Source of the DNA: Elusimicrobiota bacterium
Lineage (GTDB): Bacteria > Elusimicrobiota > Elusimicrobia > UBA1565 > UBA9628
Assembly (NCBI GenBank): GCA_033875325.1
Contig: JANRKA010000041.1
Location: 3,995-67,994 of the forward strand
DNA length: 64,000 nucleotides
Direction of reading: 5' to 3'
Under the pieces are notes generated by a model. It had not been told where the DNA came from, ran no database searches, and saw nothing but the letters and a program-made list of their open reading frames with translations. Below, one piece after another: positions 18,807-29,000 of the stretch; position 1 is the first letter of the stretch; each line of letters opens with the position of its first letter. The position numbers and the translations under genes are program-made.

Positions 18807-19897
18807 GGGGTTCTCCGGGCGGCGGGTTTGACGACTGGCTTCGGCGCGGGTTTTGCGGCCGGCTTGGGCGCGGGTTTGACGGCCGGTTTCGGCGCGGGTT
18901 TGGCGGCCGGCTTCGGCGCGGGTTTGACGGCGGGCGCGGGCTTGACGGCGGCGGGCGCAGGTTTGGGCGCTTCGCGCACGCCGAGGCGGGCCAGCAGCTG
19001 CGAGCGCGCGAACTCCATGACGCCGCGCGACGCGCCGTCCTTCTCCGCGGCGAGCGCGGCCTCAAGCGCGGCAAGGCCCTTCTCCTTGTCTCCGACCAGG
19101 GCGACCACGTTGGCGGCCTGCTGGCGCACCGCCGGGTCGGCCGACTTGAGCGACGCGTAGGCCGTCTCCAGGCCGGACGGGTCGCCCAGGCGGGCCAGCG
19201 AGACGGCGGCCTGGAGTCGCGCGCCGGCGTCGGCGTCCTTGAGCGCGGCGGCCAAGGCCGGGCGCGCCGCGGGGTCGCCGCTGAGGCCGAGGGCTCTCAC
19301 CGCTTCGAGGCGCACCCCCCCGTCGGCGTCGGAAAGCGCGGCCTGCAGGGCGGGCACGGCGTCCTTGGAGCCGATCTGTCCCAACGCGGACGCGGCCGCG
19401 CGGCGCAGGTTCGCGTCGGGGTCCTTGAGCGCGGCGCCCAACGGGCCCACGGCCGGCGTGGCGCGCAGCGCCCCGAGCGTGCGCACCGCGGCGTAGCGCA
19501 CGGGCGCGGCGCCGTCGCGCACGGCGCCCATGAGCGCGCCGACCGCGGACGGGTCGCCGATGTAGGCGAGCGCGGTCGCGGCGTTCTGCCGCACGGCCGG
19601 CTCCTTGTCGTTGGAGAGCAGGTCCGCCAGCCGCGGCACTGCCGCGCGCGAGCGCAGGATGCCCAACGCGTCCGCCGCCGTGGCGCGCACGAACGGGTGC
19701 GCGTCGGCCAGCAGCGGCAGCAGCAGGGGCTCGGCAGCGGCGTTGCGCATCTGCCCGAGCTCGTCGGCGCCCTGGCGGCGCACCATCGGGTCGTTGGACT
19801 TCAGCTTCGCCGACGAGACCGTGAACGGGTCGGCCGGAGCGTCGGCGGCGGCGGCAGGCAAAACAAGCGCGAGGACGAGAAGGAGGGCGGTAGGCAC
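18803..19897 (-). CDS. Exported HEAT/PBS-lyase-like repeat protein with Pro/Ala/Lys-rich tail
   Basis: Signal peptide MPTALLLVLALVLPAAAA; about 8 repeats of 'D....VR..AA.ALG'; tail KPAPKPA(A/V); GTGA overlap with the cyclase start. Confidence 0.88.
   Translation of the reverse strand: MPTALLLVLALVLPAAAADAPADPFTVSSAKLKSNDPMVRRQGADELGQMRNAAAEPLLLPLLADAHPFVRATAADALGILRSRAAVPRLADLLSNDKEPAVRQNAATALAYIGDPSAVGALMGAVRDGAAPVRYAAVRTLGALRATPAVGPLGAALKDPDANLRRAAASALGQIGSKDAVPALQAALSDADGGVRLEAVRALGLSGDPAARPALAAALKDADAGARLQAAVSLARLGDPSGLETAYASLKSADPAVRQQAANVVALVGDKEKGLAALEAALAAEKDGASRGVMEFARSQLLARLGVREAPKPAPAAVKPAPAVKPAPKPAAKPAPKPAVKPAPKPAAKPAPKPVVKPAARRTP
18822..18975 (-). repeat. Degenerate 24-nt tandem repeat encoding KPAPKPA(A/V)
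   Basis: ggcgcgggttt(t/g)...gccgg units repeated about 4-5 times at the end of the HEAT gene. Confidence 0.8.
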
Positions 19898-19903
19898 CGC
19901 CGG

Positions 19904-19933
19904 ATTCTATCTTTCCTTATATAAGGGCTTCAA
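19904..19933 (-). promoter_or_regulatory. sigma70-type promoter (TTGAAG-N18-TAGAAT), leaderless, with palindrome CCTTATATAAGG in the spacer
   Basis: TAGAAT 19904-19909 lies 6 nt before GTG 19897; perfect 12-bp palindrome at 19915-19926. Confidence 0.55.
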
Positions 19934-19934
19934 G

Positions 19935-20014
19935 TAAGCTGGGGGACAGGCTCCCAGCTTATCGATAAGCTGGGACCCAGGTGGAAACAAGCTTGGAGCC
20001 TGTCCCCCAGCTTA
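19935..20014. repeat. 80-bp nested inverted-repeat element (REP/MITE-like) at the end of the giant gene
   Basis: Perfect 20-bp terminal IR TAAGCTGGGGGACAGGCTCC (19935-19954 / 19995-20014) and a perfect 24-bp internal palindrome TCCCAGCTTATCGATAAGCTGGGA (19952-19975); includes the giant gene's TAA. Confidence 0.8.
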
Positions 20015-23000
20015 ATGGATGACGCCGATCTTGCGGATGGCGGTGGCGGTGCCGCCGGGGGATTTGACCTTGATGCGGGCGGTGTAGCCGCCCTTGGAGA
20101 CGAAGGCGCCGGCGTCGTTGCGGCCGTCCCACGGGACGAAGTTGGCGCCGGTTTTGCCGCCCTCGGAGCCGGGCGGGCAGGAGATGGTCTTCACCAGGTA
20201 GCCGAGCGCGTCGTAGAGGGTGATGGTCACGTCCGAGTCGGCGTTGAGCGTGTAGGTGATGAAGGTTTTGCCCGCGTTGCCGCCCTTGCGCGAGTCGAAG
20301 GGGTTGGGGTAGTTGCTGACGGCCGAGAGGATGGTGCTGTTGACGCCGGTCACCGCGCTCGCGCTGAGCGGCGACCAGGTGGACGGCACGCCCGCGCCCG
20401 AGATGGCGCGCACGCGATAAGAGAAGAACTGGCCGGCCGGGCGCGGACCCTCGCCGGGGAAGGTCGGGTCGCCGACGCCGTACACGGGCGAACGCGCGGA
20501 GATGACGTTGACCGTGCGCCAGATGACGGTGTCGGACAGGTTCTTCGGGTCGCCGCCGCGCTCCTGCACCTCGTAGGAGGCCACCCCGGAGATGTTCTGA
20601 GTGGACGGCGTCCAACGCACCTGGAAGGAGGTGCGGTTCTGCTCGGTGGGCGTCGCGGCGCCCGGCGTGGTCGGAGCGAACGGGTCCACGCGGTAGACGA
20701 GCATCGGCTGCGCCGGCGACACCGAGCCGCTCGCGGAGACGAACTGGGCGAAAAGGATGGCGGCCTTGTCCGAGACCAGCTCTCCCGCGGTGTGGAGGAT
20801 GGGCGCCGAGCCCAGCAGGCCGCGGCCGTTGTTGGGCGGCGGGTCGCCGGCCTGGGCGACGGTCTCGAGCAGGTTGGGGTTCTGGTCGTTGCGCTTCAGG
20901 CGCATGATCTCCGAGCCGACGTAGATGTAGCCGGGCAGCTCGAGCTTCGAGGAGTCGGCGACGACGAAGAAGGTCGTGTCCTGCGACAGCGTCTGGCTGA
21001 GGCGGGTGACGTTGGGCACCGTCATCTGCAGGCCCTTCATCGTCGCGCCCGTGACGGGGTCTCCCGCCGCGCGCACCGCGAAGTTGCTCACGCTCAGGCC
21101 CGTGACGCCCGTGACCGTCACCGACGACCACTTGTTGGTCAGGCCGATGGGGTCGTCGTAGTTCGTGCCGACGGCGACCAGGTAGTAGCCCGAGGTGCCG
21201 GTCAGCGGCAGGTTGAAGGTCAGCTCGCTGGCGGACTTGGCCCACGCCGACGGCGCCAGGCCCTGGCCGGGGTCGGGCGCGGTGGCGGCGAGGTTGCCCT
21301 GGTTGGCCACGTCCAAGCCGATGCGGAACTGCGGCTTGTTGGAGCCGGGCGAGAACACGATCATGTCCAGGATGCCGTCCTTGTTGATGTCCACGTCCAG
21401 GATGCCGGTGCCGGTCAGGTCGGTCGTGGGCGTGCCGTCGCCCAGCAGCGACACCTGGGTCGGCCGCGTGCTCTCGCCGATGGAGAAGTTGTCGGGGACG
21501 AGGTCGCCGTTGATGTCCACGAGCGGAGCCGCCGACGGGCAGTTCGTCAGCCAGGCCGTGCCGTCGGCGCAGATCCACTTGCTCTGGTCGGGCACGGGGT
21601 TGCCGTTGACGAAGCAGACCTGGTTGCGCGGGTTGCCCGCGTCTTTGCCCGTGGGCACGCAGCCGGGCGAGAGCAGGGCGTACGCCGGGTAACCCACCGC
21701 CACGCCGCTGACGCCGGGCTGCGCGCGCGTCACGATCATCGGCGGCAGGGCCGAGCTGACGACGACGCCGGGCACGGTGAGCGGGGCGATGAGCACGGTC
21801 TTCGACTCGAAGGGCGGCAGCAGGGTCGGGTGCGGCGAGGCCGTGACGGGCGCGCCGTCGGGGCCGATGACGTCGGTGAAGGCCTCCACGCGGAAGCCGA
21901 AGGTGTGCGTCAGGGTCGTGCCGCCCGCGCGGTCGGTGAAGCCCACGTCGGCGGTCAGGAAGACCACGGTGTTGGCCGTGGACACGCGCAGATAGGGCAC
22001 GCCGTTCTGGACGAGGTCCACGAGCGCGTAGCCGTTGGAGAAGGCGCCGCTCGTCGAATGCGCCACCGTGCCGAGCTGGCTGTCGAGCCCGGCGGAGAAC
22101 ACGCCGTCGCCGTTGTCGAGCCAGACGCGCACGCGCGAGGCGTCGCCGTCGCCCGACAGGGCGACGGTGGAGGTCGCGATGGTGCCGATCTGCTTGAAGC
22201 GCATCTTGGCCACGTTGACGAAGTCGGTGCTGGCGCGCATCTCGACGCGCAGCACGGGCACGTTGGTGTCGCCCTGGCCCGCGCCCGACGGCGCGTTGGA
22301 GAAGCCCGACATGGACAACACGATGGGGCTGATGGCGACGTTGCGGCCGACGAACGGGTAGGAGGTCGTGAGCGTGCCCAGCGGCTCGGCGGCCGTGACC
22401 CCGGTCAGCAGCACCGGCGTGGCGTTGTCGCCGCGCGGCAGGCCGATCCAGGACGGGTCGCGCACCGCGACGCCGACGAGGTCGTTGGCGACGGCCGAGT
22501 CGCCGATGTCGAAGGCGACGAAGAACGCCTGCGCCGTCGGGCCGATGAACTGGTCCGTCTTGAGCGTGACGAGCGCCTGCAGGTCCGCGTCGTTGGCCTG
22601 GTTGAACACGTCCACCTTGCGCGCGTTCACGCCCACGGAGTGGTTGAGCACGGGCGTGGCGGCGGTGCCCAGCTGGTCGCCGCGCGAGGTGATGCGCAGG
22701 CAGGGGCGCCCGGAGGCGTCGTCCACGCCCGGCACGGCGGCCGTGGGGCAGCCGGGGCCCGAGAAGGTCATCAGCTCGGCGCCGCCCACCCACAACTTGC
22801 CGCCCAGCGCCGCTCCCGTGTTGTCGAGCGGGAAGCCGACGGTCGAGAGCACGACGAGGTCGAAGGGCGCGACGGTCACGCTCGACACGGCCGTCACGAG
22901 GGTGGTGTCCACCTCGGAGATGTTGACGTCGTTGGCCGTGAGGAAGTTGCTCGAGTCGATGTCCTTGAAGACGCGGATGAACTTCACGTCGGTGTTGCGG

Positions 23001-26000
23001 CCGAAGGGCTTGAGCGGGTCCTGGGAGCCGCCGCCGCGCTCCACGCGCAGCGAGCGCCACGGCGCCAGCGCGATGTCCGTGGCCAGGTTGAAGCGCAGCA
23101 TGGGCACGTTGGTCTGCGCCTGCGTCACCCCGGTGATCAGCGTGGCGATGTCGTTGACGCCGAGCGTCACGTTGGAGACGACCTTGCTGATGGTCAGCAG
23201 GGGGTTGGAGTTGAAGGTCGGCGTGGTGAAGACGACCGCGTTGGGCACCTGGACCGTGAAGTAGCTCGGGCTGAGGATGGCGACGCCGGTGCGGCTGTCC
23301 TCGGTGGCGAACTGCGAGATGTCGTAGGTGATGAAGTAGTCGGCCGCGGCCGTGGTCACGAGGATGGGCGTGCGCAACGCGATGTTGACCGTGCTCGAGC
23401 TGAAGGTCTCGTTGCCGAAGGAGAGCAGGTGCGGGTACGCGCCCGCGACCGAGGTCGAGTCGATGGCGTCGAAGGTGCCGTTCCCGTTGGCGTCGGCCCA
23501 GATCTTGACCACGGGGATGTCGCTGTCGAGCGCGCCGGCGGCGCCGATACGGTCCACGCGGATGGTGTCGATGATGGCCGAGTTGCGGTCCGTGCGCATG
23601 CGCAGGCGCGTCATCGCCACGTTCTTGGCGTTCTGCAGGGCGAAGTTGCCGGAGAGCTGGTCGAACTCCACGGTCACCGTGTTCACCGTGGGCGCCACCA
23701 CGAAGGTCGGGCTGGCCACCGAGTTGGTGCCGACGAACACCGTGGTGTGGCCGGCGTTGGTCGGCGTCAGGCGGAAACGCGTGCCGTCCGGCGCGAAGGC
23801 GCCCGTCACCTCGTTGAGGTTGGGCAGGGCCGGGTGCGAGAACTTGGCCGACGGCGCCACGTCGAACGCCACGTAGAGCACGGTCGGCGTCGCGGTGATG
23901 AGGGTGTAGCCGGGGCTGCCCAGGCCGGGGTCGTTGATGGGGATCTCGACGCGGCCGCTGGGCTGGCCGTCGAGGCCGAAGGACGACTGGCCGAGCAGGA
24001 TGTCGCCGGCGTTGAGGCCGGTGCCCGGATCGCGCTTGTAGATGCCGTCGAGCGACTTGTAGACCTTGATGGCCGAGACGTCGGTGTCGTCGCCGTTGAG
24101 GCCGATGGGGATGGTGCGGTTGAAGTTGATGGAGGAGAGCTGGACCTGGAACTGGGAGGACCACAACTCGAGGCGCATCGCCGCGAGGTTGAGCTCGCCT
24201 TGGCGGATGCTGGGCGAGACGATGACCCCGGAGGAGTGGGTCGCGGGCGCCGTGTTCAGCGCGCCGCGCTCGACGTTGAGCAGCGAGGGCGAGCCCGGGC
24301 CGAAGCCGGTGTAGCCGATGATCTCCCCCTCCACCATGGCGTAGTAGGTGGCGCCGGGCGGCGGGGCGGGGAAACCCTCGGTCGAGCTGACCGTCCAGAA
24401 CGGCTCGACCGTGCCCGCGCTCGGCGTCGTGTTGATGGGGTTGTCCAGGAGCGGCACCGCGAACGTGCCGCTGGAGGTGGAGAACATCGGGGTCGTGCGC
24501 ACCGACATCTGCTGCGGCGCGGCGATGATGGTGCGCACCGCGCCCAGGAAAGGCATCGGCGAGGCCGTGTCGTAGGTGTTGGGCAGCGAGATGGCGTTGA
24601 GGAACTGGTTGTCGGTCACCGGGCTGTTGGTCGGCAGCGAGGTGTCGCGCAGATCGATGCCGAGCGTGCGCGGCTGCTGGGTGGCCAGGTCGGTGGGCTG
24701 CGCGTTGGCGCCCATGACGAAGGTCACGAAGTACTTCTGCGGCTTGGGCGCGAGCGCCGCGCGCGTGACCGTGATGGGCGGGTAGAGGTTGATCTGGGAG
24801 ACCAAGGGCAGGCCCTGGTAGTTGCCGAAGGTGCCCGTGCCCACCAGGACGTCGGAGAGCGGGTTGAACAGGCCGTCCTGGTTGTTGTCGAACCAGAGCT
24901 GGACGAGGTCCACGTCGCCGGCCACCGAGCCCGCCTGGATGGCGGTGCCGGTCGCGTAGACGAGCATCCAGCGCCACAAGGCGTCGGCGACGTCGGTCTG
25001 GACATTGACCACCGCGACGGCCACAGTGCTCTTCTGCTGGAGGAACGGCCCGATTGCGCCGTCGAGCGCGTCCGTCGCGACCACGCGCAACTTGTCCGGG
25101 TACTCCGCGAGGTTCGGGATGAACGAGGCGGTGAGGCCCAGGGGCGGCACGCCGACGTTGGCGCTCGACATGGTCTTGGGCGCGCCGATCTGGTAATACG
25201 CCGTGCTCGGGATGGACAGGCCGATGTTGGCCTGCGGCGAGACCGACGCCAGCGGGTTGATGTCGTAGGCCACGAAGTAGTCCACCTTCGCGGTCTGGAT
25301 GATCTGCCCGCCGCCGCCGACGAGGCTCAGGATGGGGATGCGCGCCGGGCCGGACAGGACGGTGCCCGCCGGGAAGTCGAGCGGCAGCGTGCCCTCCTGG
25401 GCGCGGTCGCAGTTGGTGTAGCGGTTGCCGGGCAGGTCGATGCCGCGGCAGTAGACGACCTCCTTGAGCAGCTCGTTGGTCTGGTCGTCGCCGAGCACGA
25501 GGCGGTTGTCCGCGTCGCCCACGAACGGGTTGTCCGTCGGGAACATCGTGTTGGCCAGGATGCCGGTCACCGGGATGTCCACGCCCGTCAGCGTGCCCGT
25601 GGCGTAGAGCGCGACCGCCGTCGGGATGGTCGGGAAGTTGTGGATGACCGTGTTGAGCGGGCTGACCTGGGCGTCGGTGGAGACGTCGAGCAGGCCGTCG
25701 TAGTTGGAGTCGAGATAGACGCGCAGGTTCGTCACGTCGGAGGCCTTGTTGCGCTGCTCGAAGAGCGCGTTGTAGCCCGCGCCGGTGATCTTGGTCGAGG
25801 GCAGCCAGCGGTCGAGCTTGAGGCCCGTCCACTCCGCCGCGCCGGAGTTCACGCGCAGCGTCATCTTCGCCACGGGCTGGCGCGCGTCGTTCTGCGTCAG
25901 CTTCGAGGGGATGGCGTCGGTCGCGATGGTGCCGGAGGTCAGGCCCTGCCGATTCCAGTCCGTGAGGTTGATCTGGTCGGGCGTCGCCTGCACGGGCACG

Positions 26001-29000
26001 TTGGTCGTGGCGATGATGCCGAAGGGCTTGACCACGCCGTTGCCCGCCAGCGGCACGACGTTGCCGGACTGCAGGGTCATGCCGTGCGTCTGTCCGGCGG
26101 CCGCGCCCGCGTCGAAGTCGTAGACCAGGAAGTAGGTGTTCGTCGAGGTCGTGATGGTGCCGTCGAGCGACAACGGGTTCGTGAGCACGAGATTGGCCGT
26201 GCGCGTGTCGCCCGGCGGGAAGACCGCCTCGGCCACCTGCTTGTCGATGGTGAAGCCGAACTCGCCGTCGCCCGCCGTGCTCGTCTGGGCGGAGTCCGTG
26301 TCGAGGTACAGCCGGATGCGGGTGATGGCCGAGTCCAGGCCGCTGCCCGAGTGCGTGAAGCGGACGCTCGAGATGACGCCGGAGAACGCGTCGGTCCACA
26401 TCTTGAGCTTCAGGACGCCGACGTTGGGCGTGCCCTGGTTGATGTAGTTGTACGACGAGACGGTCAAAGACGGCGGCTGCCACCAGGCGTTGATGTCCTC
26501 GGCCAGGACGTTGATCTGCGCGGGCTCGCGCTCGACCGAGGAGGTCGCCGTGCGCACGGCGAAGTTGTTCGCCGCGATGCCCACGGGCGCGCCGGGCGCG
26601 AGCGTGAGGTTGGACGGGCCGACCAACTCCAGGCCGAAGGACTTCGGCAGGTCCTGCCCGGGCGCGAAGACGGAATAGGCGGCCGAGGAGACGCGCGCGG
26701 TCACGAAGAAGAACTTGTCCTGGGAGCCGTTGAGCGTGACCTCGCCGCCCGGGAAGGCCGCGTCGAGGAAGGTCTGGCCGAACAGCGCCGAGCCGAAGAA
26801 CCACGAGCCCGCGCCGTTGTAGGCGCCCGACGCCAGGAACACGTCCGTCAGCGGGTCGAAGCGGCCGTTGGGCGAGTTCGGGTCGTCGCGGTAGAGGCCG
26901 AGCTCCGTGATGTAGGTGTTGGCCAAGGTGCCCTCGACGCGGCTCTGCACGCGCATGGAGCGCAGGTCCGCGGTGTAGGGCGCGCCCGTGGGCGAGATGC
27001 GCAGGTTCAGGCGCAGCATGGCGATGGGGTCCGGAGAGGCCCCGGTGTTGCCGTCGCCCTGGTTCAAAGTGCGCTTGGTGACGCCCAAGGCGACCTTCAG
27101 CGGCGGGATGGGGCCGTTGGGCGGCGGCGTGGACTCGGGCGCCACGTCGGCGGGCGTGACGACCACGCCGGCGAGGACCACGTCGCCGTCCGAGCGCAGC
27201 GCGGGATTGGCCGGCAGGCCCGAGCGCGCGCCGTCGTTGGTGTGGCCGTACACGGAGGAGTTCGTCGTGTCGGTGGCGCGGATGTTCAAGTTCTCGACGA
27301 TCTGGTCCACCACGCCGAAGTTGGTGAACACGCCGCCCTCGCCCGGCGTGAACGCGTGGTAGGTGTTGCCGCTGATGAGGTCCACCAGCGTGACCGTGGC
27401 CGTCGAGCCCGAGGAGCCGAAGTTCACCAGGCCGGTGTAGTAGTTGCCGTTCTGGGCGTCGCCCGACGCGGGGTTGCCGAACAGGTCGCGCGCGCGGATG
27501 GTCAACACGCCGGGCACGCCGACCTGGAGAGGGTTGGCCGCGGTGTAGGGGTGGTTGACGGTGAGGTAGGTCGCGCGGCCGGGAGTGATCTGATGGACCT
27601 GCGCCGTGGAGGCGAACACGGGGGTGCCGCCCAGGTAGGCCTGGGCCATCACCGTGGTGCCGCCGGCGAGCGTGTCCCAGAAGTACATCGGCGCCTGCGA
27701 CACGCCCGCGCCGCCGGGGATGATGACGTCGAGCTGGCTGGTGAAGATGTTGGTCCAGAAGGCCGACGGCGCGGTCGCGACGATGACCGCGGTCGGGTCG
27801 ATGCCGGCGTAGACCGTGTCGCGCACGCTGGTGTAGCGGATGATGTAGGTCGAGCCCGAGGAGGTGACGTTGCCGTACTGGTCGAGGAGCTGGGCCGCGA
27901 CCACGGTGTTGGTCGGCACGCCGACCTCGATCTGGATGGTCGTGCCGGCGACGAGGCGGCGCGGCTGCGTGGCCCAGCCGATCTGCGAGGGCGGCCCGGG
28001 GATGACCGAGTAGCTGGCGTAGCCCACGGCCCAGGTCGGGTAGGTGACGCCCAGCGCGGCGAGCGTGTGCGTCGAGCCCGGCGCGGTCAGCAAGGTGTCG
28101 ATCATGTAGAAGGTCGCCGTCGAGCGGTTGACCGGCAGGTAGGCCACGGCCGTCGAGCTGACGAAGGCGCCCGCCGCCGGCGTCGAGAACTGCACGAGGC
28201 CGGCGGAGTCCGTGACGAGCTTGAGCTGGACCGAGCCCAGGCCCAGGTCCTGGCCGGGCAGCAGCGGGGAGGCGTTGCCGTAGTAGTCGCGCGACTCGAC
28301 CACCATGAGCGACGAGGTCGTGCCCGCGAGCAAGGTCTGCCCCGCGCCCACCGAGAAGGCCAGGCGGTCGATGGTGTCGGGCGCGATGAACACGCGCTGC
28401 TGCGCCGAGAACAGGCCCGGGGAGGTGATCTCCAGGACGGGCAAGGTCCCGCCGGAGAGGTCGTAGTTGTTCGACGCCGTCGTGTCGAGGTAATAGAAGG
28501 TCGCGTAGTACTGCCCGAGCGGGATGTCCACCGTCGTGGTCGATGCCAGGAACGCGGGCGGGCTCACGCGCGAGCCCTGGGTGGAGTCGCTCGAGCGCGA
28601 GAAGCCGACGTAGTCGTTGAGCCGCGACGCCGCGCGCGTCTGCGTCGCGAGCGTGACGACGTAGTTCTGCGTGGAGACCACCGGGTTGGAGAACAGGTCC
28701 TGCAGCTGGACCGTGAACCGGGCCAGGGTGGAGCCGAAGTCCACGACGCGGCCGGCGACCTCGGTGCGCTCGGGATTGGCGAAGCCGACCTTCTTGGGCG
28801 CGTCCGGGTCCATGCGCAGCGCGTGCGTCAGGGCCAAGGTCGGGCCGGGCAGGTAGAGCTGGACGGTCCACGAACCGGGCCGCCCCCCCTCGGCGGTGTT
28901 CGACGACGGGCCGGGGCCGGAGTAGGAGGTCATGCGGCTGTGGAAGCGGAAAGGCGTCTCGGCGCCCGTCTGCCCGTCGGCGATGTTGATCGAGTTGATG

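Noticed and set aside
18822-18975. 24-nt periodic repeat as a CRISPR array
   Set aside because: In-frame coding repeat without unique spacers; no cas genes
2907-19074. Apparent long N-terminal extensions or fusions in track ORFs (2907-5057, 5737-6855, 7438-8307, 9198-11105, 15988-19074)
   Set aside because: The extensions overlap neighbouring real genes in other frames; family-typical starts lie at 4391, 6432, 7741, 9426 and 16704
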